A stretch of DNA of 63,947 bases, the filler included, from Octopus bimaculoides (taxonomy: Eukaryota): assembly GCF_001194135.2 (NCBI RefSeq). It is 7 parts of 5 records of this genome, joined end to end, with 100 filler letters (N's around TTAATTAATTAA, not from the genome) between each part and the next. Parts side by side here need not be neighbours in the genome. Positions count along the whole stretch, not along the records: positions 1 to 17,928 come from NC_068997.1; positions 18,029 to 29,934 come from NC_069004.1; 5 more parts are not named here. One strand, 5' to 3'. Below are positions 13,799 through 25,525 of this stretch, one piece after another. The translations under genes were made by a program, and so were the position numbers. The stretch's first letter is position 1; each line of letters opens with the position of its first letter. The notes under the pieces are model-generated. The model was not told where the DNA came from, ran no database searches, and saw only the letters and a list, made by a program, of their open reading frames with translations.

Positions 13799-14805
13799 AC
13801 ACGCACACACAACTTTTAGCGACGTCGTGAATTACTTTGTCATTCAGAAAGATTTCCCATTTTGACAGAATCTCATTACAAGCAACTTTTACATAAACTC
13901 GTTTAGCCAAAACTACATCTATAGCAGTTGCTTAAATTACTTATTTATTGCACCGACGCATCCCAGGATTGAAATCTCCCAAACTGACATCTGATAAAAA
14001 CGTGGTAAAACCGAATGAAAATATTTTTCTTCAATGGCTACTATCGCCATGACATAACGAAGGAAATAATCCATAAAACTCTCCTTCATTCTCTTTTTAA
14101 TGTGTATGTTTTCGTTATACATTATTTCTTTATTTATCTATTTAGTTATTTATTCATTTATTTATTTTCTATATTAACATATCTCCTCGACTTCTCTCTC
14201 AATCTTTCTATCTATCCGTCTTTATTTGATTCTTATTTTATTTTATTTCTATTTTTACCTTTTTCATTACTATTATTTTCTTGAGCAATCTTTTCTTCAT
14301 TCGATAACAACCTTACTTCGGACTTGGGACGAATTCATTCATCCGAAAAAAAAAAAAATAAAGGGCAGATGGAGGAGATGGCAGTGAATGCAGAGATGGT
14401 GGAGTTTGTGGTGGCGGATCTCGAAAGCTTTTAGCTAAATGCAACGTGTCTGTCGGTGGCAGAGCAAAAGTTGTATGCCGAATATGATTGTCGGCCGAGA
14501 GCCCTAGAGATTGACTACTTTACTGTCACAAAGTGACAAGACACCCAATGTACCACTAATTATTTTTGACATTCTGGCCTTCACTTGATTTAGCCACCTT
14601 TTGTGCCAATCCTGCTTAATAACCGCTTCCATCGTACCCATTCATTCCCCATCGCGAACTTTCCTCCTCTATTTTTCATTCCCATCATTCCCATCATTCC
14701 CACCCTTCCTCACCGCTTCATCATTATATCGACTTCAATTCTGACATCCTCACTAAACCTTCACCTCTCACTATGACTCTTCCTCCTCCTCTCTCTCTCC
14801 TCATT

Positions 14806-14836
<31 letters not shown>

Positions 14837-15110
14837 TACACTCTCTCTCTATCTCTCATTCCTCCTCTCTCATTTTATCCAATTCTTGGAATTCGCCATC
14901 AAATCAAATACATGTTTATATGTTTACGTGTTTATGTACGTATATAGAAAGGTATATATGTCTCTATGTGTATGTCTGCATACGTATATAATATATATAT
15001 ATATATATACATATACACACATACACACATACACACATATATATATATATATATCTATATATTTACATAAATATAAATGTATACACACACATGTCTTAGT
15101 TGTGTCTTTG

Positions 15111-15153
<43 letters not shown>

Positions 15154-15173
15154 AAATATAAACACATTCACTC

Positions 15174-15213
<40 letters not shown>

Positions 15214-15823
15214 NNNNNNNNNNNNNNNNNNNNNNNNNNNNNNNNNNNNNNNNNNNNNNNNNNNNNNNNNNNNNNNNNNNNNNNNNNNNNNNNNNNNNNN
15301 NNNNNNNNNNNNNNNNNNNNNNNNNNNNNNNNNNNNNNNNNNNNNNNNNNNNNNNNNNNNNNNNNNNNNNNNNNNNNNNNNNNNNNNNNNNNNNNNNNNN
15401 NNNNNNNNNNNNNNNNNNNNNNNNNNNNNNNNNNNNNNNNNNNNNNNNNNNNNNNNNNNNNNNNNNNNNNNNNNNNNNNNNNNNNNNNNNNNNNNNNNNN
15501 NNNNNNNNNNNNNNNNNNNNNNNNNNNNNNNNNNNNNNNNNNNNNNNNNNNNNNNNNNNNNNNNNNNNNNNNNNNNNNNNNNNNNNNNNNNNNNNNNNNN
15601 NNNNNNNNNNNNNNNNNNNNNNNNNNNNNNNNNNNNNNNNNNNNNNNNNNNNNNNNNNNNNNNNNNNNNNNNNNNNNNNNNNNNNNNNNNNNNNNNNNNN
15701 NNNNNNNNNNNNNNNNNNNNNNNNNNNNNNNNNNNNNNNNNNNNNNNNNNNNNNNNNNNNNNNNNNNNNNNNNNNNNNNNNNNNNNNNNNNNNNNNNNNN
15801 NNNNNNNNNNNNNNNNNNNNNNN

Positions 15824-15863
<40 letters not shown>

Positions 15864-16611
15864 TGTATGTATGTATATCTACATATGTATCTATGTATGT
15901 ATGTATGCTTATTTGTATATATGTATATACACACATATATATGTAAATATACATATATATATATTTACATATATATATATGTATGCTCGTTTGCACACAC
16001 ACACATACACACAACCCCCACACACACACAACACCCCCCACACACACACTCACACATATGCGCATATATTTGTATGCATCTGATATTCATTCACACATAC
16101 GTTCCCCAACATCAATTTTCCTTGTATTCTTTGGCAGACTAACGCGAACGCCTCTCTCTGACATATGCATGGCATCACAAACAAGATTATATGCGTAGAT
16201 AGCAAATATATTTGCACAGATTCATCTTGGAACCCGAAGAAGCACTCTTTATAATTATTTCTTATTTCATCTACTCGAACCGATTACCAATTAGCCTCAC
16301 CTCTCCAACCATACACTTTGCATGTTATCTATTTGCCTTCAACAAATCAAAGCGAGAACCTCTATGTGGTCGCTTAATATGCTAGAAATAAAAGATAAGT
16401 CTCCTTAAATCTCACCACCGTGGCACTCCGTCAGTTACGACGACGAGGGTTTCAGTTGATACGACCAACGGAACAGGCTGCTCGTGAAATTAGCGTAGTT
16501 CTCGGGGAGATTCAGCGTGACACAGAGCATGACAAGGCTGGCCCTTTGAAATACAGGTATAAGAGAAACAGGAAGAAAGAGTGAGAGGAAGTCGTGGTGA
16601 AACAGTTCCAC

Positions 16612-17178
16612 AAACAGGATGAATTTGATCAAATAAAATGCTTAAATAGTCTTGGCTATTAATTCTGCCATGAAGGGAAACTATCGGTCCAGCGGAATTC
16701 CAAGATATTGATCCCCAGATCATCACACATCCTCTTCCAAGTTTAACAGTTGAAAGAAGGCAGACTGGGTCAAATGCTTCTTTTGGCTGTCTCCATACGT
16801 TTCCTCAATGGTCGGAAATAAGGTAAAGGATGTCTCGTCCGAGAAACTAACATTCTTCCACTGCTCTAGGGACCAGTTCTGTAGGTTTTTACTCCACTCT
16901 AAACGCTTTGCAATGTTTGTTTTTGAAAGTAGTGGTTTCTTGATTGCAGCCCCGCCCCCGTGAAATCCGGCTTTGTGAAGCTCCCGGCGAACAGATTTTG
17001 TGGAAACTGGATTCCCGAGGTGGTCATTAAGCTCTGCAGTAATTTTGGGTGCTGTAATTTTGTGATGCTTTCAAACAATTCGCACCAGAGTCCGACAGTC
17101 CCTATCTGAAAGTTTTGGCTTTCTTTCGAAGTCTTGTTTCGACGAGGAGGTTTCTCCCACTTCCTCAAAAGCCTTGTG
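16612..17178 (-). mobile_element. Tc1-like transposase pseudogene fragment
   Basis: Minus strand reads RKPKLSDRDCRTLVRIV*KHHKITAPKITAELNDHLGNPVSTKSVRRELHKAG..WKNVSFSDETSF..VMIWGSISWNSAGPIVSLHGRINSQDYLSIL, i.e. Tc1 HTH and DDE motifs, with a stop; cut by an N gap. Confidence 0.9.
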
Positions 17179-17928
17179 NNNNNNNNNNNNNNNNNNNNNN
17201 NNNNNNNNNNNNNNNNNNNNNNNNNNNNNNNNNNNNNNNNNNNNNNNNNNNNNNNNNNNNNNNNNNNNNNNNNNNNNNNNNNNNNNNNNNNNNNNNNNNN
17301 NNNNNNNNNNNNNNNNNNNNNNNNNNNNNNNNNNNNNNNNNNNNNNNNNNNNNNNNNNNNNNNNNNNNNNNNNNNNNNNNNNNNNNNNNNNNNNNNNNNN
17401 NNNNNNNNNNNNNNNNNNNNNNNNNNNNNNNNNNTATATATATATATATATGTATGTTTGTTTGTGTGTCTGTGTTTGTCCCCCCACCATCGCTTGACAA
17501 CCGATGCTGGTGTGTTTACATTCCCGTAACTTAACGGTTCGGCAAAAACGAGACTGATATTAATAAGTACTAGGCTTCCAAAGAATAAGTCCTGGTGTCG
17601 ATTTTGTCGACTAAAGGCGGTGCTCCAGCATGGTCGCAGTCAAATGACTGAAGCAAGTAAAAGAGTAAAAGAATAAAAGAGTATATATATGCATATATAC
17701 AGACCCTGTATAACCACTCCCAAATATGTAGATAAGTATATATATGTAGATGAAGGTGTGTATGCAATTGTGTGTGCAGTTCATAATGCGAATATATTAA
17801 ATTTTAAATGCCACAAGTTCAACTGTATCATTTTATTCATAAACGACCTACATCTTGTCTCCTTGTTCCCTTCTTCATTGCATTTATCTTCTTGAGTTTC
17901 GCTTTCTTTACCTTTACCCCCCCCCCCC

Positions 17929-18028
17929 NNNNNNNNNNNNNNNNNNNNNNNNNNNNNNNNNNNNNNNNNNNNTTAATTAATTAANNNNNNNNNNNNNNNN
18001 NNNNNNNNNNNNNNNNNNNNNNNNNNNN
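17929..18028. other. Artificial 100-bp scaffold-join spacer (N..TTAATTAATTAA..N)
   Basis: Identical 100-bp spacers at 29935-30034, 41587-41686, 57876-57975, 60184-60283 and 62846-62945; the central 12-mer gives stops in all six frames. Confidence 0.9.
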
Positions 18029-18059
18029 ATATATATGTGTGTGTATGTATGTGTGTGTG

Positions 18060-18945
18060 TCTGTGTGATTGGTATACCAAGTTCAAAAATGGTAATTTTG
18101 ACCTCAAAGATGCACCTCGTTCTGGCTGTCTAGTTGAGTTCGATGTAGAGCGATTAAACCAACTTTTGCACGAAGATTCTCGTCAAATGACAAGGGAACT
18201 GGCAGACAAAATGGAATGCTCCCACAATGCACTAGAGAAGCACCTTTTCTCGATGGGAAAGGTTCAGAAGTATGGAGCATGAGTTCCACATGCTTTAAGT
18301 GAGAACACCAAAAATCAACGAGTCGCAATCTCCGCTGGTTTGCTTACTTGTCACCGCTCAGCTCATGGACACAAGCAACGATTTCTTTACCGAATCGTTA
18401 CTGGCAACGAAAAATGGTACCTGTACATCAATATGAAGCAACGTAAGGAATGGTTTAGCCCGGGTAAACAAGTAACACCGCGCGTGAAACAAGATCTTCA
18501 TCCGCGTAAAACGATGCTGTGCGTATGGTGGGACTGGGAATGGATTATCCATTATGAACGGAACCAAATGGTCAACGCTGAAACTCCTATGTTCAGCAGA
18601 TGGAATGAGTCAACACGGCTATTCAAGAGAAAAGACCTAATCGGCAGTATGGAGTTCTTCTGCCTCTCTCATATCGCCAATATGACCAAGGAAGCCATTC
18701 AAACGCATGGCTGGCAAGTGCTGCCACACCCGCCGTACTCTCCTAATTTGGCACCAACGGATTTCCACCTCTTTTGATCTCTTTCAAATACTATGCGTGG
18801 AGTTTCGTTCAATACTGATGCAGAATTGAGAGCTTGGTGGGATCAATTTTTCGAGTCCAAATCGAGTGATACCAACGAGGTATTGAAAATCTTGTTGAAC
18901 GTTGGGAAGAAGTTGTAAACAACAAGGGTGAATACATTACTGATT
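18060..18945 (+). mobile_element. mariner transposase pseudogene
   Basis: WYTKFKNGNFDLKDAPRSG, *VPHAL (WVPHEL motif), IVTGNEKW, HPRKTMLCVWWDWE, PHPPYSPNLAPTDFHLF; stops and a deletion. Confidence 0.95.
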
Positions 18946-19002
18946 AATTAGTTGTTATTTTTTATTAAACCTTTTAAAAATTTTAAATTAAAAGAAAAAC
19001 TG

Positions 19003-19806
19003 CTCAGGGCGGAAAATTCCGGATGCACCACCGACATAGCTCTGCTGTCATCACCCGTACGAGTGCCAGTCGAGAAGGGAGTGAAGCAAGGAGATACGAT
19101 CTCTCCAAAACTTTTCACCGCATGTCTCGAGCAGATCATCAGAGGCATCGACTGGCAAGGTGGTGTCAACATCAATGGCGAGCTACTCACCCACCTCCGT
19201 TTCGCTGATGACATCGTAATCATCGCTGAAACCACGGATCAGCGTCTGACCATGCCGACGGAGCTCAACATCAAAAGCTCTGCAGTAGGTCTCAAGATGA
19301 ACCGCATGAAAACGAGGGTCATGCGGTCCGACAACGTACCAACAGGTCGAATGGTGGTTGGCAATGATGAAATACAGGAGGTAAAGGAATATGTCTACCT
19401 GGGAGAGTAAGTGAATATGCGCCGAGACATCGAAAAGGAGATCTCGCGGAGAATAAGGGCCGGATGGAAGGCGTTTAATGGCATAAGGGATGTGCTCAAG
19501 GGAAGGTTGGACAGGACCACCCGCGCCAACCTCATAAATAGCACAGTTATACCTGCAATGTTATACAGTAGTGAAACATGGGCTAAAACAAAGAGAGAAG
19601 AGCAGAGATTGGCAACGGCTCAAAGAGCCATGGAGAGGTCAATGCTTGGAATCTCGTGAGAGAGCACATCAGTAGCGAGGTCATCAAACAGAAGTCCGGC
19701 GTGAGGGATGTCATCGTAGAATATACACGCAGCAAGTTTAGATGGGCTGGACACGTTGCCCGGCTCACCGATAATCGGTGGACCCGCGCAGTTGTCGAGT
19801 GGTATC
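19003..19806 (+). mobile_element. RTE-clade LINE reverse transcriptase fragment (GC-rich)
   Basis: GVKQGDTISPKLFTACLE, HLRFADDIV, YVYLG, PAMLYSSETW, KFRWAGHVARLTDNRWTRAVVEWY; one stop and one frameshift. Confidence 0.95.
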
Positions 19807-20480
19807 TTGACCAGTTGCTTGAATACCTTCAGTTACCCCACCTTGACCAGTTGCTTCAGGACCCTCAGGTACCCCATCTTGACCGGTTGCTTGAGTACCC
19901 TCGCTTGACCAGTTGCTTGAGGACCCTTGGGATCCTATCTTGACCAGTTGCTTGAGTACCTTCAGCTACCCCACCTTGACCAGTTGCTTCAGGACCCTCA
20001 GGTGCCCCATCTTGACCGGTTGCTTGAGTATCCTCACTTGACCAGTTGCTTGAGGACCCTCAGGTGCCTGATATTGACCAGTTGCTTGAGTGCCTTCAGT
20101 TACTCCACCTTGACCAGTTGCTTCAGGACCCTCAGGTGCCCCATCTTGACCGGTTGCTTGAGTACCTTCACTTTACCAGTTGCTTGAGGACCCTCAGGTG
20201 CCTAATATTGACCAGTTGCTTGAGGACCTTCAGTTACCCTACCTTGACCAGTTGCTTCAGGATCCTCAGGTACCCCATCTTGACCGGTTACTTGAGTACC
20301 CTCACTTGACCAGTTGCTTGAGTACCCTCAGGCACCCTATCTTGACCAACTGCTTGAGTACCCACAGGTGTCCTATCTTGACCAGTTGCTTGATGACCTT
20401 CTGGTACCCTATATCAACCAGCTGTTTCAGTATCAGCAGGTGACCTACCTTGACCAGTTGCTTGAGCAAAAGAATGTGCC
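19803..20480. repeat. Minisatellite of ~36-nt units (core CTTGACCAGTTGCTT) with a 134-nt higher-order period
   Basis: Units of about 36, 36, 26 and 36 nt recur; equivalent ORF starts at 20046, 20180 and 20314 are 134 nt apart. Confidence 0.9.
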
Positions 20481-21123
20481 ACATTCAAATTCATTTTTTA
20501 AAAATAATTACATAGCTCACCTGTGGCTGAGTTTCTAAATATAGATTGTCACGTTCCTTTGATTTTCAGGTGTCTTTCTATCTGATAAAAAATGTTATGT
20601 TGCTGGAAAGTTTTGCCAACTTTCAGCAAATAACCATGATACAATGGTAGAATAAATAGATTCTCAAGGACATTAACTGAATACTTTATTCTGCTTTAAA
20701 CTTCTTATCTTTCTCTTCCCTCGCATTACTTTCTTACTTGACATTATACTTAGGGTCACTCACAGTCTTTCTCTCTCTCTCTCTCTCTGTTACCTTCTTT
20801 TTCCTCTCCTCTCTCTCTCTCTCTCAATCTTTCTTGCTTCCTCTTTCTAATCTCCTTTTCTCTCTATCACTATGATTTCATATTATTGTGTTTCCAACCC
20901 ATGCTAGCATGGAAAGCGGACGTTAAACGACGATGATGACGATGTATCCTGTTTTCCAAGGTTGGTGGCCTGACAATGCCTTGATGTATTGTTTCTGGAT
21001 CTTTATGTTCAGATACCACTGGGGTCAATTTTTCTTCTCATTCCTCCAAGGGTTGGTGAAATAAACTATTAGTTACATACACACATACATATATACATAC
21101 ATATGCATGCAAGCACAGATGTG

Positions 21124-21154
<31 letters not shown>

Positions 21155-21607
21155 GCACGCACACATACATACATACATACATACATACACACAAAGTAAT
21201 GGGATAATGTGGATTCAAAAATCCAGGCCGATACCTTTGTAATAGTCTTGGCTAACTATATCGATGAAGCAGAGTCCATAAAATCTGAAAGGAATTAACA
21301 GCCGCAGTTGTACTAGTCTGATCAGCAAAACCAAATTTAGCTCAGATTTTTTTTAAAAATCCCAGAGATATTAACTAGAATGAAGAAAAACACATCTTTA
21401 ATCCAGGATTACATCATACAAGAAACCAACACATGCTTCCATTATAGAAGTATCTTGGAATATAATCATTTAATGTTACAATACCAAACTTAAAAGATAA
21501 GCACTGGGGTTAATTTGTTCGACTAAAATTCTTCAAAGCAGTGCCCCAGCATGGGCGTATACTGATAACTGAAACAGGTTAAATAATAAAGGAATAAAAG
21601 AATGTAT

Positions 21608-21643
<36 letters not shown>

Positions 21644-22181
21644 ATCAGGGACATGCCGCCTAGGTAGCCAAGGTAGGTAGTGCTTGCCTTGAATAAAATA
21701 GATCGATAGTAACATTTTCCTTTTATGGCAGAATATGCACCTAATTCAATAAAATTATGAAGGTTACTCTGATTACTATGCATAAAATACAAAATATATT
21801 TTTTTTATAGAATAAGTAGGCATAATTTGCTCAGTATTAAAGCTACACATAGTACTTCTGTAGTACATGTGCTGCGTACATTCCTACAACAACGTTTTCT
21901 TTACGCGCTATAAAGGCAGAAGTAAATATCTGCCTTCAACTCAGTCACGCGGCTGTGTTTTGCTTATCTTTTGTGTGTTTTACTGCATAAACGTCATTCA
22001 ACTGCCTACCCTGAGTAATTATAGATAGCACATGCCTGATATGTATGTACACACACACACACATACACACATATACACACACATATATACACACACATAT
22101 ATATACGCATGCATTAATCTTGAGCAATGAGAATGAGTGCTGAAATATGGCATTGGGGGATAAAAATTCTTTATTTGTGAG

Positions 22182-22576
22182 TTAAGGCTTATATTTCACA
22201 GTATTATCTAAATGTAAGCTGGTGATGTACAAGTAGCTTCTATTAGCATCCTTGTTTATGAATCTTGCATCTTCCATTGTGAAAAAGATTGTCTCATTAG
22301 CTTGACATTTGGATGTAAATTGTAAGCGCATTGTGGAATATTCTGGTATGTTTAAGGAATGGGTACTTTCCTTCGTTATTTTATTATCTTTATTCCCGTT
22401 TTTCTGTATCTCAGCCAGCAAGGTCACAAAACGTGAAGACGTATTTTTATCAACCTTCAGTTGCACTATGCAACTTATCATGTATAACCCATCTTGGGGG
22501 ATAAGAATGTGAGTTCCGTCAAGCAATTTCATACCACCTATATGCTGGTCAGCATCTTCCTGCCATTTTAAAATTT
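22182..22576 (-). CDS. Terminal exon of a TNF-superfamily ligand (TNF homology domain, divergent)
   Basis: Acceptor ttattatttttcttttttag at 22577, then ILKWQEDADQHIGGMKLLDGTHILIPQDGLYMISCIVQL...STMRLQFTSKCQANETIFFTMEDARFINKDANRSYLYITSL...*. This follows the THD pattern L-x-W...l-x-ip-x-x-GLY-x-I...gD-x-i-x-v...tfFg; stop TAA at 22182-22184. Confidence 0.8.
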
Positions 22577-22806
22577 CTAAAAAAGAAAAATAATAACAAT
22601 AAATATCAATAACAATAACATGAGGAAAATGAGTCGAAAATATCAAAGCAGTGTCAGGTTAAAAAAAGATAAATAGATACCAACACAGAACCAATACTAG
22701 CAGAAGAGGTTTTCCAGAAACAACAAAAGGAAATTTTACCAGCAATTGAACATGATGATGGTGATGATGATGATGATGTTGAATTGAACAACGAAGTGGA
22801 ACATCA

Positions 22807-23217
22807 GGCGCAGGAGTGGCTGTGAGGTAAGTAGCTTGCTTACCAACCACATGGTTCCGGGTTCATTCCCACTGCGTGGCAGCTTGGGCAAGTGTCTTCT
22901 ACTATAGTTTCGGGCCGACCAAAGCCTTGTGAGTGGATTTGGTAGACGGAAACTGAAAGAAGCCCGTCGTATAATTTATGCATATATATGTGTATGTGTG
23001 TATATGTTTGTGTCTGTGTTTGTCCCCCCAGCATCGTTTGACAACCGATAGTGGTGTGTTTACGTTCCCGTAACTTAGCGGTTCGGCAAAAGAGACCGAT
23101 AGAATAAGTACTAGGCTTCCAGAGAATAAGTCCTGGGGGTAGATTTGCTCGACTAAAAGGCGGCGCTCCAGCATGGCCGCAGTCAAATGACTGAAACAAG
23201 TAAAAGAGTAAAAGAAT
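22807..23217 (+). mobile_element. tRNA-headed SINE family A (full length, internal microsatellite)
   Basis: A-box-like TGGCTGTGAGG, B-box-like GGTTCATTCCC, body ..GTGGATTTGGTAGACGGAAACTGAAAGAAGCCCGTCG, then (TG)n, then the 3' part ending GGCGGCGCTCCAGCATGGCCGCAGTCAAATGACTGAAAC and (GTAAAAGA)n. Partial copies at about 800-1008(+), 2385-2590(-), 10705-11062(-), 17455-17680(+), 30805-30985(-) and 41385-41552(+). Confidence 0.9.
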
Positions 23218-23261
23218 AATGTACCAGATGTTCAAACAACAAGGAACTTTTGGTCAGAAAT

Positions 23262-23710
23262 CTGGAGCAAAGAATTTCAACATAAGATGTATGTTGGGCT
23301 GAATGAGTGGGCTGAAAAGTTCATTGGCTGACTATGAAGGAGTAATACTAAAGTTTTTGCATACATTAGTTTCAACTCTCTTGATTAAAAACTGCCTTGT
23401 TTCTTTCCATGTAAACTGACATCTGACTGTTCAAAAGAAGACTTCACATGTAACTAGTAGCGACTTCTCTTGAAAACTGACGCGTTTTAAGAGAACGTCA
23501 CAGATGGAATGCCAGTCTATGCAGCTTTTCTTTCACAGGCTATCAGAGACCCATACATCATAGCAGAAAATGTTACCCAAGTTTCACTAATGTTCACAAA
23601 GAATGTTTTCTGGAACTTGAAAACTCCTCTGCAACTTCCCTAGTCATGACTTTTAGATTTGCTTCAGTGTTTACTTTTAAACGATTATTGTCCAGCTCTG
23701 AAAGTCATCC
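23262..23710 (-). mobile_element. mariner remnant
   Basis: Minus frame ELDNNRLKVNTEANLKVMTREVAEEFSSS resembles the second mariner HTH; heavily decayed. Confidence 0.55.
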
Positions 23711-23744
23711 AGTGCAACAGGCAGCTTCTAAGCTACATCATCAT

Positions 23745-23875
23745 TATCATCGTTTAACGTCCGCCTTCCATGCTAGCATGGGTTGGACGATTTGACTGAG
23801 GACTGGTGAAACCGGATGGCAACACCAGGCTCCAATCTGATTTGGCAGAGTTTCTACAGCTGGATGTGCTTTTAC
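23745..23875 (-). mobile_element. Retroposon family D 3' end (..CAACCCATGCTAGCATGGAAGGCGGACGTTAAAC + (GAT)n tail)
   Basis: The same segment recurs at about 20895-20945(+), 44190-44375(+), 52966-53085(-), 55430-55570(-), 56870-57100(-) and 57310-57460(-). Confidence 0.8.
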
Positions 23876-24652
23876 GTGTCACCCGCACGAACGCCAGTCA
23901 AGCGGTACTGGCAACGGCCACGCTCAAAATGGTGTATTTTATGTGCCACCCGCACAAGAGCCAGTCCAGGGGCACTGGCAACGACCTCGCTCGAAAATCC
24001 TACGAAGGCCAGTCAGGCGGTACTGGCAACGGCCACGCTCAAAATAGTGTATTTTATGTGCCACCCGCACAAGAGCCAGTCCAGGGGCACTGGCGATACN
24101 NNNNNNNNNNNNNNNNNNNNNNNNNNNNNNNNNNNNNNNNNNNNNNNNNNNNNNNNNNNNNNNNNNNNNNNNNNNNNNNNNNNNNNNNNNNNNNNNNNNN
24201 NNNNNNNNNNNNNNNNNNNNNNNNNNNNNNNNNNNNNNNNNNNNNNNNNNNNNNNNNNNNNNNNNNNNNNNNNNNNNNNNNNNNNNNNNNNNNNNNNNNN
24301 NNNNNNNNNNNNNNNNNNNNNNNNNNNNNNNNNNNNNNNNNNNNNNNNNNCAACGGCCACGCTCAAAATGGTGTATTTTATGTGCCACCCGCACAAGAGC
24401 CAGTCCAGGGGCACTGGCAACGATCTCGCTCGAAAATCCTACGAAGGCCAGTCAGGCGGTACTGGCAACGGCCACGCTCAAAATGGTGTATTTTATGTGC
24501 CACCCGCACAAGAGCCAGTCCAGGGGCACTGGCAACGACCTCGCTCGAAAATCCTACGAAGGCCAGTCAGGCGGTACTGGCAACGGCCACGCTCAAAATA
24601 GTGTATTTTATGTGCCACCCGCACAAGAGCCAGTCCAGGGGCACTGGCGATA
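23876..24652. repeat. 115-bp tandem repeat inside a family D retroposon
   Basis: TACTGGCAACGGCCACGCTC recurs at 23906, 24021, 24460 and 24575 (115-nt period on each side of a gap). Confidence 0.9.
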
Positions 24653-25088
24653 CATTTTAATTTTGCAAAATATCTCCTTCACCATACACTTCACAAATAG
24701 CTTTTACATATTCTTGCAGTATTTCCACCATTTCTGAAGAAGTAAAACATTACATACTGAAAATGCGACTCTAACCCTTAGTTAACCATCTTTGATCTTA
24801 AGAATAGCTAATAAAATTAAGAAGCATACTGACATTAGAGACATAACAAGAAGATTACCACACTACAAGTGATGTCACCATATCTGTTGTACCAGCATTG
24901 CAGCTCTTATGTGAAGTGTGTAAAGGCACAATTGAAATCATTTAGATCTTTCTAGATGACTTTATTAATATAACAAATAGTAATGACAACCATCAAAATA
25001 TTATAGACATTGTTACAGTAACATCTGTATTAACACCTTGTCTTTGGGCAACTTTCTATATCTTCTGTATGTTAATCGATTTATCTAT

Positions 25089-25308
25089 CTCTTTTACTCT
25101 TTTACTCTTCTACTTGTTTCAGTCATTTGACTGCGGCCATGCTGGAGCACCGCCTTTAGTCGAGGAAATCGACCCCAGGACTTATTCTTTAGAAGCCTAG
25201 TACTTATTCTATCGGTTTCCCTTTTTGCCGAACCGCTAAGTTACGGGGACGTAAACACACCAGCATCGGTTGTCAAGCGATGGTGGGGGGACAAATACAG
25301 ACACACAA

Positions 25309-25355
<47 letters not shown>

Positions 25356-25525
25356 CATATACACGACGGGCTTCTTTCAGTTTCCGTCTACCAAATCCAC
25401 TCACAAGGTTTTGGTCGACCCGAGGCTATAGTAGAAGACACTTGCCCAAGGTGCCACGCAGTGGGACTGAACCCGGAACCATGTGGTTGGTAAGCAAACT
25501 ACTTACCACACAGCCACTCCCGCGC
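25089..25525 (-). mobile_element. SINE family A, full length
   Basis: Reverse-complement copy of 22807-23217. Confidence 0.9.

Noticed and set aside
17973-17984. Recurrent TTAATTAATTAA motif
   Set aside because: Always centred in 100-bp N blocks; an artificial all-frame-stop spacer.
22807-22880. tRNA-like sequences at SINE heads
   Set aside because: Only A/B boxes are retained, with no full cloverleaf; they continue into SINE bodies.
23876-24652. CRISPR-like regularly spaced palindromes
   Set aside because: The spacers are themselves repeated, the context is eukaryotic, and there are no cas genes.
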